From positions 964,244 through 1,028,243 of the forward strand of contig MU058252.1 of assembly GCA_013265495.1 (NCBI GenBank): a stretch of 64,000 nucleotides of DNA, read 5' to 3'. The notes under the pieces were generated by a model that ran no database searches, was not told the DNA's origin, and worked only from the letters and a program-made list of their open reading frames with translations. This DNA is from Vicugna vicugna. Taxonomy: Eukaryota. Positions 24,330 through 36,840 of this stretch are shown here, one piece after another (the stretch's first letter is position 1; every line of letters begins with the position of its first letter). The translations under genes were made by a program, and so were the position numbers.

Positions 24330-25140
24330 ATTTTTATTTTCTATAACTTTTTACTTTGAAGTAATTATCGACTCACAGGAAGTAGCAAAAATAGTACAAA
24401 GAATCTCATGTTCTCTTCACCCAGCATCCCCCTAATGGCTTCAAAAGGACAGAATCAGGAGCAGCAGACTTACATGGCTGCATGACTGTTAGCTAGACTG
24501 CAGACTTAATCAGTGCTCGTCTTAAACACGCACTCATTTGTATGTGTGTCCAGTCCTATGCAGCTGTATATCAAGAACAGATTCATGTATCCACCACCAT
24601 AACCAAGACACGGAACTGTCCTGTCTTCAAAAAAGACCCCCTGAAGCTGCCTTTTTGTTTTCGCACCCACCTCCCATAGCCTCTCCTCGAAACCACTGAT
24701 CTCTTCTCCATGTCTGCACTTAAATTTTGAGAATGTTGCATAATTGAATTATACAGTATGTACCCTTTAGAGATTGACTTTTTTTTTTTTACTAAGCAAA
24801 ACACCTTCGAGATCCATCCAACTTGCACGTACCAACAGCTCAGTTCTTCTTCTTACGGAGTAATATTCCAATATGTGAATGTATCCGAGTTTGTTCAACC
24901 ATTCAGCCATAAAAGGACATTTGGGTTGTTTCCAGTCTTTTGCTGTTATGAATTAAGCTACCAGGAACCTTCATGCACAGGTTTTTAGGTGAGCATAAAT
25001 GTTGTATCTCAGGGATAAATGCCCAAGGGTGATGACTGGGTCATATGGTAAATGCATGTTTAGTTTTGTAAGAAACCGCCAGACGCGTTTCCAGATTGGC
25101 CACATCGCATCCCCACCATTGATGGATAAGAGATCTGATT
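24330..25140 (-). mobile_element. Old L1 3' region (L1MB/MC-like)
   Basis: ggacatttgggttgtttccag...ctgggtcatatggtaa. Confidence 0.8.
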
Positions 25141-25706
25141 TCTTATTCCTCTGTTTCCCTTCTTTGGCCTTCTAGGGGGCCACTTACAGTTTTTTAGAAT
25201 CCTGTTTTATTTTATCTTTAGTGTTTTTGAAGACCAGAGGATAGCTGAGTGGAGACGCAATTAGGGCACAGGCAGTTGGGTGTGATGCCCAGAGAGCAGA
25301 TGAGAGTGTGGCTCTGGCTGTGCACGGGGTGCCCTCGGCATCCGGATGGTGTTTAAAATCATGGGAAAGATGAGACCACCCAAGGAGAGAGAAGAAGCCT
25401 CAAGACGGGCCCTGAGTGAAACACATGGCCCTGGCGGGGAGCGGAGCGGGGGCCAGCAGCAGCCTGCAGGAGGAGCCCCCAGGGTGCAGGGGGGATCCCC
25501 TCTGTGTTTCTTTAGAGACACGCTTAGAATGTTTCCAACCAAATTAAGGTAATAGGATATACATCCTCTTCTGCCATCAGTTGTACAAATTGCCTTGTGG
25601 AGAATATTCTTCCTCGTCATTAAATATGCTCTCACATGAGTTTAATGATTGTATCCTTTTCCATCGCATGGATGCATTATGATTTACGTCTTTTAAAAGT
25701 TTCTCC

Positions 25707-27386
25707 TCGAAGAAAAAGAACGAAGCTGGAGAAATAACCCTTCCAGGCTTCAGACAATACCACAGAGCTACTGTAATCAAAACAACATGGTATTGGCACA
25801 AAAATAGACATATGGATTAATGGAACAGATTGAGTGCCCAGAAATAAACCCACAGACCTACAGTCAATTAATCTTTGACAAAGGAGGTAAAATCAAAGGA
25901 GAAAAGACAGTCTCTTCAGCAAGTGGTGCTGGGAATGCTGGACAGCCACGTGTAAATCAATGAAGTTAGAACACGCCCTCACTCCATACACAAAAATAAA
26001 TTCAAAATGGCTCAAAGAGTTAAAATAAAACAGGACATCATTCTCTGACATACATCATAGCAATTTTTTCCTAGGTCAGTCTCCCAAGGCAATAGAAATG
26101 AAAGCAAAAATAAACAAATGGGACCTAATTAAACTTATAAGCTTTTGCACAGCAAAGGAAATCATAAGCCAAACAAAAACAACCTACAGACTAGGAGAAA
26201 ACGTATTTGCAAATGATGTGACTGACAAGCCATTAACTTGCAGAATACACAAACAGCTCATACAACTCAATAACAAAAACAAAAACAAAAACAAGCAACC
26301 CAATCAAAAAATGGGCAGCAGACCTAAACAGACATTTCTCCAGTGAAGTCATACAGACGGCCAACAGGCACATGAAAAGATGCTCAATATCACTAATTAT
26401 CAGAGAAATGCAAATCAAAACTACAGTGAGGTATCACCTCACACTGGTCAAAATGGCTGTCATCAAAAGGTCCACAAATGGTAAATGCTGGAGAGAGTAT
26501 GGAAAAAAGGGAACCCTCCAGTGGGGAGGGTATAGCTCAAGTGGTAGTGTTCATGCTTAGCATATACAAGGTCCTGGGTTCAATCCCCACTACCTCCTCT
26601 AAAAATGAATAAGTAAACCTAATTACCTCTCTCCCTAAAATAAATAAATAAAAAGTGCCACACATTTGAAAAAAAATTTTAATAAAGGAAACCTTCCTAC
26701 ACTATTGGTGGGAATGTAACTTGGTGTAGCCACTGTGGAAAATAGTATGGAAAATTCCTTAGAAAACTAAAAATAGACTCACCATATAATCTAGCAGTCC
26801 CACGCTAGGGCATATATCTGGAGAAAACTCTAATTTGAAAAGATATACGCATCCCAATGTTCACAGCAGCACTATTTACCATAGCCAAGACGTGGAAACA
26901 ACCTAAATGTCCATGGACAAATGATTGGATGAGGAAGATGTGGTGGGTATATATATATACTCAGCCGTAAAAAAGATGAAATAATTTGCAGCAGCATGGA
27001 TGGACCTAGAGATTTACCGTACTAAGTAAGTCAGACAGGGAAAGATAAATATCATTTGATATCACTTGTATGTGGAATCTAAAAACAAGAATAACACAAG
27101 TGAACTTATTTACAAAACAGAAACAGACTCACAGACACAGAAAACAAACCTTTGGTTACCAAAGGGGGAAGCAGGGGAGGGATAAATTAGGAGTTTGGGA
27201 TTAGCAAATACCAATTACTATATACAAAGTAGATAAACAACAAGGTCCTGCTGTACAGCACAGGGAACTGTATTCAAATAGCTTGTAATAGCCTATAATG
27301 AAAAAGAAATATATGTATAACTGAATTACTATGTTATACACAGAAAGTAACACAACATTGTAAATCAACTATACTTAAGTAAAAAC
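25707..27386 (+). mobile_element. 5'-truncated L1 (ORF2 C-terminus + 3' UTR)
   Basis: ORF2 peptides KINKWDLIKL and [21 protein letters not shown] aaagtttctcc at 25696-25706 and 27387-27397. Confidence 0.95.
26523..26683 (+). mobile_element. Camelid SINE nested in L1
   Basis: Head plus tail; TSD aaagggaaccctcc / aaaggaaaccttcc. Confidence 0.9.
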
Positions 27387-27450
27387 AAAGTTTCTCCCAG
27401 AACTTTGCCCAAGATCAAAGTCAAGTGTACTGGTCTATATTTTATGGAAA

Positions 27451-27890
27451 TGTAACCAAGCAGGACTGTATGGGGCCTTCCCGGGACAAGCCACTCCCCT
27501 GTACCCACAGCCCCTTTCTGAAAGTCCCAGGTAATAGTAGCTCATGCATATTTGCTGAGCTTTTCAGATGCTAAAAATCACCACCAAATGGAAGAAATCA
27601 ACTACTTGGTGATCATGAGCATGTGGCCCCCAGACCTTTGGGCACCTAAAGATCGACCACCATCGACCAGTCAGAGAATTGTGCGTGAGCTGATCACAGA
27701 CCCTGGGACTCCCTTCCATCATGGCCTTTAAAAACATTCAGCTGAAACTTCAGGGAGTTGGGGGCTTGGGGGCGTGAGCCACCAGTCCTCCTTGCTTGTC
27801 CAGCAATAAACTTTCCCTCCTCCGAGCTCCGATGTTCCAGTGCTTTTTGGCCCACGGTGCATTGGACACATGAACTTGCATACAGTAACA
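27451..27890 (+). mobile_element. ERV1-class solo LTR, copy 2
   Basis: TGTAAC...GTAACA ends, internal AATAAA, 4-bp TSD GAAA. Confidence 0.9.
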
Positions 27891-28475
27891 GAAATATTTC
27901 TCGTTTTTTGGAACTCAGGATGGCAGTTGCTTCTCTTTAATCCTCTTGCACTTCTGCTGTTTCCCAGAATTCTTTAAAGCACATCACAAATTCATCAGTG
28001 TCTCCTGGTTCTCTGCAATATCACAGTCACGTGATCTCCCCAGTAAAAGTTAATGTTGGTGAGCCTAGCTCTGGTGTAGGTCCAGGTTGTCCTGTGCATC
28101 CTCACATCATCCTGTTTAACCCTCAGATCACCTGAGCACTGTTCGTATTATCCCCTCTTAGAGGTCAGACCGAAGTCTCAGAGAGTGGGTGTGGCTTGCT
28201 CCCATTAGAGCAGCTGGTGTGCGGACAGCTTGGCAAACCCCAGGTCTTTCTGACTCAAAGTCTGATGCATCGCGCAGCCTTCCTTGGGCTGGCATGTGTT
28301 CTGACTTTCGTGGTTTGAAGACCGTGGTCCCTGATAGAACAGAAGCCAAATAAGGCTTCAGCAGCTCTGTGGTTTTCATCTGTTAAATTTCACCATCTGT
28401 CCCAGGCAGGGGGCCTCCTTCTCGTTCCTGTTTCTCTGAGCATAGCTGAAAGCTGTTTTAAAAATTGACCGGGGG

Positions 28476-28563
28476 TGGGTGGGGACAGCTCAGGGGTAGA
28501 GTGCATGCTTAGCAAGCACGAGGTTCTGGGTTCAATCTCCAGTACCTCCAGTTAAAAAAAAAT
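28476..28563 (+). mobile_element. Camelid SINE (short form)
   Basis: cagctcaggggtagagtgcatgcttagc...gggttcaatctccagtacc plus poly-A. Confidence 0.85.
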
Positions 28564-28804
28564 GTGTGAGCCTCAGTGCAAGGTGGCCGTTAGTCCTGAC
28601 AACTGGTTTAGCCTCTGCCCTTCTCTGACTGTGTCCTGGATTATCAAGCAGTATTTGAGAAAGTGGTTTGAAGTTAGGCTGACCTGAGTTTTGGTGTTGA
28701 ATCTTGGCAAGATACCAGCTCTTTCCAGCTCTGAGCCTGAGTGACCCCCTCTCTCCATGCCTCAGTTTCCTCCGGTGAACACAGCCCCTCCCATCTTCCA
28801 TGCC

Positions 28805-29195
28805 CTGTGTAGTCCTGCCCACTACACACCTGGGCCGGTCCTGAGACCGAGGAGTGATGTACCATTCCAGCTCTAGGCCTTGGGAAGACCTGGGGCCACT
28901 CTTTTGTGCTCCAGGAAGCTCCAGGCCATCATGGAAGAAGTCCGTTAGCAAACCCACGTGGAGAGGCCTGGAGAAGAGCCACGCAGAGCCCCCGCTCAGC
29001 CCGGTTCCCAGCTGAGCCACCAACATCTGGAGGCTCCAGTGCAGGCCAGCCCCTTGGTGGCCTCAGCCTTGATGGAGAGCACCCAACAGAGTCTCGTCAA
29101 GCGAACTGAGTCACAGAATCAAACAAGCTAATTGAGTGGCTGTGGTTCTAAACCACTGAGAGTGGGTGGTTTGTACACAGCAGACCTTGAAATAC
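28805..29195 (+). mobile_element. MLT1 (F/G/H-like) LTR
   Basis: ccacgtggagagg...tctaaaccactgagagtgggtggtttgtacacagcag. Confidence 0.6.
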
Positions 29196-29337
29196 TGTTA
29201 ACTAGTGGAGGGGCAGTGAACTTAGTGTCCTGGAGCTGGGAGCTTCTTGTAGGCCCTGAGCCACTGGGAAGGGGACCCTGTCTTGTGGGACAGACAGTCC
29301 TTTTCCACGGGACCTGGGAAGATGCAGCTGGCCTTAC

Positions 29338-29445
29338 CTGCGCAGGGAGACTGAGGTGAGGGCTCTATACTGTTCAAGCTGTCCCTTTGCCTCACGAAGC
29401 ATCCCCACCTCCATCAGCAGGTTAATTGTTCCCTGTCCCACAGGT
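29338..29445 (-). pseudogene. Pseudo-exon (108 nt, phase 1-1)
   Basis: ctcccttgcccag| ... CAG|gtaagg; one stop. Confidence 0.5.
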
Positions 29446-29509
29446 CTGGGCAAGGGAGTGGTGACCAGGAGGCCTGAGCCAGCTCAGCCAGGGCCACTCA
29501 AGGAGGAGT

Positions 29510-29825
29510 GACAGACATTTATTTCTCATCAGATCAGGGTGCTGGCAGATTTGGGGTCTGGTGAGAGCCCACTTCCTGGTTCACAGACAGCCGTCTTCTT
29601 GTGGTGTCCTCACATGGCAGAGGGTAAGGGGGGCTCTCTGGGGTCTCTTTACAAGGGCGTCCTCATGACTAATCACCTCCCAAAGCCACCCCCCCAAATA
29701 TCATCACAACTGGGATAAAGTTACTACCAGGCAACGTTGAAATCTACATGCAAGAGACATCGAACTTAATGTTGCCAGATGTAATTTCAACATATGGGTT
29801 TGAGGGGGGCACAGTCTTTAGCACA
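29510..29825 (-). mobile_element. MLT1A-like LTR with a small internal insertion
   Basis: gtgtcctcacatggcaga...ctcatgactaatcacctcccaaag. Confidence 0.8.
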
Positions 29826-29964
29826 CCCCAAGGAGGGCCCTGGGGTGCTGTCCTCCATGGGGGGACATGGGGTCAGATTTGATCATGAGCCTGTGTTATG
29901 TCCCTGACACACAGGACTTGGGGTAAATCATATTGCCGTCCTGTTAAATTGTGTTATAGTTCAC

Positions 29965-31304
29965 ATGCTAACGCTCTTCTTCTGCAGTGATGATTTGCAG
30001 GTGAAAGCCATTTTCATACTTAAGGTATCATTTTCCTGAGTTTTGAATCCATTGAGACTTGGGTGCGTGTGGCTGAGGGACCGGGCTCCTGAGAAAAGAT
30101 CAGCGGGGTCCTGACGTGTAAAGGCACCCCCAGTGTGAAGCCCAGTGTGTCTGAGCAAGCTGGGGGGTTCCTCGCAGTTTGGATACTTTAACGAGAAGAA
30201 AAAGTGGTTGCGACAATGAGAAACCTGAGTTATGGTCAGATCATTCTGGAAATTGCATGAATACTTCATTTCGGCATTCACTGATTTCTTTCAACAGCCT
30301 GCGCTGACACCTGAACTGTTTTTCCTTTTCCTTTCCATGGCCATTAATAACCAGTTTTAGTGATTAATTCCTACCTGGTTCCACCAATCTTAAACTGGGT
30401 ATCTCTTGAACATACAGTTCAGTATCACCTCATGCTAACTCTATTGTTACTGAGCAACAGCTTTATAGTTTCTAATAACATCCCATTTAAATTGGCGTTT
30501 CAGTGGGGAGGGTAGAGCTCAGTGGTAGAGTGCCTGCTTAGCATGCATAAGGTCCTGGGTTCAATCCCCACCACCTACCCCCAAAATAAACATAATTACC
30601 TCCCCCAGCCCCCAATCAGAATAAAATAAATAATACAATAAAAAAAAGATTTAAAAAAGTTGGTGTTTCAGATCGCTGCCTGGCAGAACTTGGTTAAATA
30701 CAAGGTATGACCAGCTCCCAAAGCCTTTAAGTTAATAATGACATTTGCACAATATGCTGATATAAAAAGACCTTCTCCACATTAGGATTAGAGCCAGAAA
30801 TACTAAAGCAGATCAAATATTAAACCAGATCTAAGGCTGCCTTTTTTTTTTACTGCTATTAAAACAAACATAAGAGGTTTGCTTTCAGCCAACTAGCATC
30901 ATCCCCTGCATTAAATTAGTGTGGTTTTATGGTGTTTGGGGATTTAGTTTGTAAAATTGTTGAGAAGGTGTAAGAGTTCAAACTTCCATAAAGGTGGAGC
31001 ACTTTATATTTGTGTCTTTAAAGAGCTGTTAAAACAAAGAGGATCTGACTCTACGCTAGAGGTTCTCACGTACTTTGCCCCTTGGATGGAGGCTGTACAT
31101 TTCTGAGCTGCAGCACCCAGAGGTCGGTGTCAGGAAGGTGGCAGAGAGATGCCACACCCACATGAGCAGGCACCTCTGAGCAGCTCTGCTCTAGAGGGAG
31201 AGGCTTCCAGGGCAGGAGGGAGAATGGGTTGGGGGTTATCAAGGGAAAAGTAGAACAAAGGTGGCAAATGTGTAGCATGCAGACCCCCCACCGCCTCTCT
31301 GTGC
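29965..31304 (-). pseudogene. Large pseudo-exon (~1.2 kb native) interrupted by a SINE
   Basis: ctactgcag| phase-1 ORF of ~80 codons and a further 106-codon ORF at 29961-30281; 3' boundary uncertain. Confidence 0.4.
30505..30656 (+). mobile_element. Camelid SINE
   Basis: TSD aaattggcgtttcag / aagttggtgtttcag. Confidence 0.92.
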
Positions 31305-31389
31305 CTGCAGTAGGCATTGCTAATCAATCATAGAGGGAGGGAGAGAGAAAGGGAGAGAGAGAAGGGGAGGGAGGGAGAGGGAGAGAATG

Positions 31390-31628
31390 AACCCGTTTTT
31401 TGGAGATTTTTATGGAGGCTTCATCACAGAGGCATGATAGATGGTTAACTCCATGCCCAGCCCTCCTTGCCTCTCAGGAGAACAGGTAGGGGACGAGGCA
31501 GGTACAGGGGCAGGATATTCTGAGCGTCTGATCACTACTATCAGCCAGGGAATTCCAGAGGATTTCAGAGCTCTGTGCCAGGAACCCTGGCAGAGACCAA
31601 TAAACATGCATATTTTCTGTTACCACAT
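31390..31628 (-). mobile_element. MER21-like LTR fragment
   Basis: tttttatggaggcttcatcac...gagctctgtgccaggaaccc. Confidence 0.7.
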
Positions 31629-31707
31629 AGAGCAACAGTCTGACACGTGGGTTAAAGCCAAGATCTGGTCGTAGTTGTTACCTGATTGTGTAGTGAAAAC
31701 CCTTTAC

Positions 31708-32001
31708 TCATAAATTGGGTTAGTGGCAGCCTTTTTCTGAGAATTCTGGAGGACTGCAATTCTCCCGGTGACAAACTTCCCTCCAAGGATGCCCTTTGTT
31801 CTGGGTCCTAGAACCCAGGACCTTGCCTGGAGCAACTTCCACGTCCCAGATGCGTGGGTTGCAGAATCCACCTTCTGTCTCTGAAACTGAAGATGTGCTG
31901 GGGTTTCACTCTTCCTGCGGGTGTTCTTTTTCTTGTCTCCTGCCTTTTCCCCATTCTTCGTCGGGTGTGACCAGTGATCCTGTGCACCCGGGAATCTTAG
32001 C
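31708..32001 (-). pseudogene. Pseudo-exon (294 nt, phase 1-1)
   Basis: ccttctcccccaccacacccaccag| ... |gtaaag; 2 stops in 98 codons. Confidence 0.45.
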
Positions 32002-32132
32002 CTGGTGGGTGTGGTGGGGGAGAAGGACACAACAGAGCGTATTCTCGGCACAAAGACCTTTCTGGTCTTCCCTCACTACCCCGGCGCTGCTTGGTGGTTT
32101 CCGTGATCCCACTGACCTGTGATACAACTTAC

Positions 32133-32274
32133 CAGGTGGGGTGGTTTCTCACGTCTCTCCCTTGGTTTCTGTTGGTCCCAGCTTCTCTTGGCATTCAAAT
32201 GAAACATGACCCCTGGGGGCCATGTTTGGGGGGAGCAAGACCCATGTGCTGGACCCGGAACCAGACTCAGGCTC
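32133..32274 (-). pseudogene. Pseudo-exon (142 nt)
   Basis: ctgaccccaaactcag| ... CTG|gtaagt; ends EKLGPTETKGET*ETTPP. Confidence 0.45.
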
Positions 32275-32356
32275 CTGAGTTTGGGGTCAGCGAGCACCGG
32301 ACTGTCCCCACCCCCTACACGCCCACCGAGCAGTCAGGGTGGCGGGGGCCACTTAC

Positions 32357-33697
32357 CTAACTTAGAACCATCCAGAGCCTTTCCAGCCTGCACAGAGGGA
32401 CGTTTACTCTCTCCAGTGTTCTATTGCATGAATTTCTTTCCTTATCTTTAAAGTCGTGGTAAACATACATAACATGAAATTTCCCATTTTAACCATTTTT
32501 AAGTGCATAGTTCAGCAGTGTTCAGCACGTTGTGCAACCATCACCACCATCACCTCCAGAATGTTTTCATCTCCCTAAAACTGAAATTCTGACCCCATTA
32601 AACACGAACTCCCCATTCCGCCTCCCACCACCAGCCCCTGATGACCTCCATTCTACTTTGTCTCTATGAATTTGGTGACTCTAGGACCTCATATAGGTGG
32701 AAACATAGTATTTGTGTCTTTATGATGGCCTTATTTCATGCCACATATCCTCAGGATTCATCCACGTTGTAGCGTGTAACAGGGACACCTTCCTTGTGGA
32801 AGCTGAAAAACATTCCATTCATGTATATACTGCATTTTGCTTATCCACTCATTGGTCGATGGACACCTGGCTACAGCATTCACTTCACAAACGTTTTTTG
32901 AGTTCCACGCGCAAGGGTTGCTACTGGAGATAAGATTGCTGCCGAGGTAGGGGCTCCCTGCCTTCCCAGAGGGGAGGAGGCACTAAATAGTAATGGCCCA
33001 AAGTGATGGCAGTTTCTTCCTGGTTCACTAAGACTCCAATGAAGAGACTATACTCAATTAATGTATCCTTCACAATTTTTACTAAAACCGTTTGGCACCT
33101 GATGAAAAAGGAATAAAATAAGAGGCAGTGTGACTGGAAAAGCTTGCAAATCTCCGTACCCACTTTAAACCTTTGAGAGGGTCCTCCTAATGGTAAAGGC
33201 AAATCAAGCTGTAGACAGCAGTGCTCATCACTGACTATATTGTTTCTAGCTGCCGTGTAGGAATGGCTAGACCAGTATTTCTCCGTGTTCCCTGGATCAG
33301 CGGCGGAAGTGTCTGGTTTTCTGTGCTGTCCCAGGGAGCAGACCCCGAGCGCCTGGCCGCAGGCTCCAGTGCACACGTTTGCCTGCGCTCTGTTAATCCA
33401 CTTTCCTCTTGTCACCACGTGCCCTTTACTCTGCAAACATCTCGTGAAATGGCATTTTTTAAACCCTGTTCAGTTTCTCACTGCATCCTGAGACGTGTCT
33501 TCTTTACCAAGAGTGGTTGCCCTGGAGATTTGTGAACGTGTCAAAAATGCTCTGCCTTAGACAGAGGCCAGACAGGAGCCTCAGTGGTCCCTAGTTTCAG
33601 TGGGGTTCAGGCAAAGCCCCCCAAGATGCCCTGCCTCCTTACAGACATCTATACATCTGGTGACTGAATTGTTCTAGGTCTCCCTCTTGTGGGCCAC
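32357..33697 (-). pseudogene. Large pseudo-exon (~0.9 kb native) interrupted by L1
   Basis: gtgttttatttcacag| ... TAG|gtaagt; contains the 171-codon ORF 32921-33436. Confidence 0.5.
32440..32870 (-). mobile_element. L1MB-like 3' end
   Basis: ttaaccatttttaagtg...tgtgcaaccatcaccaccat; decayed TSD ctattgcatgaatttc / ctacagcattcacttc. Confidence 0.85.
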
Positions 33698-35029
33698 CTG
33701 TGAAATAAAACACATCAATTATTTTTAATAGATATGATGGAGAATCTTACAGATTATAAGGAATCGATTTCTGTGAATCCTGTGGGTTGACTAGGACCTT
33801 TAACTTTTCATTACAAAATATCACCAACATAATAAGTGTATAGAAAATATATAAAAATACCCGGGTACCTGCACACCAGCTTCATCAGATCTTAACATTT
33901 TGCCCCATATTTACTTTAGATCTTAAAAAAAATAAAATAGATACATTTGAGGTCCCCTGTGTATCTCCCTTTCTGCACACAAAGAATAAGGTAACCATTA
34001 TTCTGAATTTGTATTTATTACTCCCAAACTTATTTTTATACTTCTCTATGTATACATGTATCAAGGCAATAAAACTATTATTTTACTTTTTTTAAACTTT
34101 ATACAGATGTTATGATGCTAGATGTTTTCTTTTGCTATCCCGCTTTTCTCCCTCAATATTATGCTGTTCAAGTTTATCTTTGTGGCTCCAACTCAGTCAT
34201 TCTCTTCTGTATTCTGCCGATTGTATGAGGACCACAATATACTTACCAGTTCTCTTATGAAGTATTCAGGCTGCCCTGAGTTTTCCTCACAACAAGCAAT
34301 GAGGTACCAAAGATTCTTATACTTGCCTCCTGTGTATTTCTGTGAATTCCTCTAGGAGGAATTGCTGGGTCATTGTATTCAGTTTCTTCAACTTTTCTGC
34401 ATGTTGCCAAATTGCTCAGGGAAGAATTGTACCACTTTCCATTCCACCATCACCCGGAGCTCTTTTTGGTCCTCTTTCCCATCTGCCCTCCCGGCGGGCA
34501 GCGGGAGGAAGAGATCCCCACCATCCCCACTATTAACTGAGCTCTGTGTTCAAGCCTCAGCATGAATAGCAACAACCTCACCGGTTTAACAGGGAATCAG
34601 CGGTGTGGGAATCTGCCTAAGGCCACCAACGCAGTGAGCAAAGAAGCACTGAACCCAACACAGCCTCTTCTGTCTGACCCCAGAGCTGAACTGCAGAAGT
34701 CCTTAAAGACTCACCGGGCAGGACACTGGGGGGATGGAGGGAGGGGCCCCTTCCCCTGAAGCCCGTTAGCCAGGTGGCTGAGAGCTGAGAGAGACAGGAA
34801 GAGAGAAGGGACAGGCCATTTAATTTTTTTAATGTATGAAGGTCATCATACAGATAAAAGTGTATATTTAGCATGAATGTATAAAAAGGGGGAAACAATA
34901 AGATGAACAGGTAGTGAGAAGGGAGTGAGAAAAATGAAAATGAACAGCACCTAGATCCCCTAGGAAAAAGCCCTTGCTGTTAGGAAATAACGTTGGAAAA
35001 GTTTATGTTTAAAAATCACGTGTTAGTTC

Positions 35030-35645
35030 TTATACAATGCTGCTGGCGGTGCAAAATAGTACACCACTTTGCAAAACAGTTTAGCAGCTTCTTAAAAAGT
35101 TTACCATATACCTACCATACAGTTCAGCCATTCCACTTCTCAGTATTTACCCACAGGAAATAAAAGCCTATATCCCATCAAAGATTTGTACATAAATGTT
35201 CATAGCACCTTTGCCTGTCAGCCAAGAACTGGAAACAGCCCAAATGTCCACCACTTGGTGATGAATAAATAAATTGTGGTATAGTCATACAATGGAACAC
35301 TATTCAGCAATGAGACATGCAACAAAATTAATCAATCTCAGAATAATTATACTGGCTGAAAGGAACCAGTTGAGAGTACACACGCTGATTCCATGAAATT
35401 TCATACATTTTTGGAAAACACAAACTAATCTGTAGTGGCAGAGAGCAGGTGCCTGTAGATCACAGATGAGGAGGGCAAGAGGGGGAATTAACTAAGATGC
35501 ATGAGAAAACCTGGGGGTGATGAATGTGTTCAGTTTCTTGATTGTGTTAATGATTTCTTGGGTCTATAGGTCAAAACTTATCAGATTGTACACTTTACTG
35601 CATGTTACTTATAGTCCAAAAAAGCTGTCTTTAAAAAATCTAAAA
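35030..35645 (+). mobile_element. Old L1 3' region
   Basis: cagccattccacttctcagtatttaccc...ctggaaacagcccaaatgtcca. Confidence 0.8.
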
Positions 35646-36391
35646 AAAAAACCAAAACCCACATATTAGCTTTCCTTTCAATTACTAAGAACCAGCAATC
35701 ATTTTAGGACAGTACGAGAACCTCACCCTGGCTCACTGTCTACTTGGAGCTGCTGATCTGAATGTTGTCACGTGGCAGGATGAAGATGACTTCAGTGTGG
35801 ACTGGAAACAACAGAAAAACAGAAGAGTTGAGTGGAAGAAAAGAAGAGGAAAAAGGAAATGCAGTCTATAGCTGTTCTCTGCTCAGCCCCCAAAGGAGCT
35901 ACAAATTGCTTCTGTCCCTGTGGAGCTGTCTGTCCGCACTGGCTAGGTTCTGACCCAGTCCTTTGGGGCCTGTGGCTCTGCACAGTTTCTAATAAAATTC
36001 TCCCCTTTTATTTTTAAGTAAAAGAAGGAGTTAAGTAATCCAAAAACCAACAGAGCCCGACATAGCTCGTGTTGGACGTCTACTGGAATTAAAGGAGAAA
36101 AGCGCAAGGGTGTTTGATTGCTTTTGCTTTTACTGAGGCAAAAAGATACAGGCTCCCTACCCGAGTTGTTAATGTTGACTTCAAAAGAAAGTGGCATCCA
36201 AAACAGAGCAGCCACAGCAAGCCAGAAGTGAAAGTTAATACGTGTTACAGGAAGTCGACAGGAAGCACGAAGTTTGGCGTGGAAGTGAAACCACTTGTTG
36301 AAAAGCACGTCGATAACCCAGTGGATGAGGGAGGAAGGTTTCTTAGCAGGAGTCCGGGGGTATCAACCATCTCGGGTACTTGTTCTCCCAA

Positions 36392-36840
36392 TTTCATTTG
36401 TGGTGAAGTACCTAGAGCAACGTGTTTCATTTTAACCATTTTTAAATGTGCATTTCAGGGATATAAAATATATTCACAAAGTTTACAACCGTCAGCACCG
36501 TCCATCTCTCTAACTCTTGTCATTTTGTAAAACTGAACAATAACTTCCCACTCCCGTCCCCGCCGGCTTCTACTGGCAAGCATTCTATTTTCTCCTTCTA
36601 TGATTTTGACTACTGTAAATATTTTAAGTGGAGTCATACGGTATTTGTCTTTTTGTGATTGGCTTATTTTGTTTAGCATATTAACCTCAAGATTCACCCA
36701 CATTGTGTCATCTGTCAGAATGTCCTTCCTTTTTAGGCTGACATATTTCATTGGATGGACATGTCACAGCTAGCTTGTCCCCTCATCCATGGATGGACAC
36801 TCAAGTTACTTCCATGTTTTAGCTATTGTGAATAATGCTG
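36392..36840 (-). mobile_element. L1MB-like 3' end
   Basis: ttttaaccatttttaaatgtg...ttttagctattgtgaataatgctg. Confidence 0.85.

Noticed and set aside
16506..27890. Full-length provirus between the two LTRs
   Set aside because: Each LTR has its own TSD. I saw no PBS/PPT or gag/pol/env, and the interval holds older MLT1/L1 and pseudo-exons.
36340..36385. VDTPGLL as a GTPase G3 motif
   Set aside because: No Walker A or G4 motif seen nearby; likely chance.
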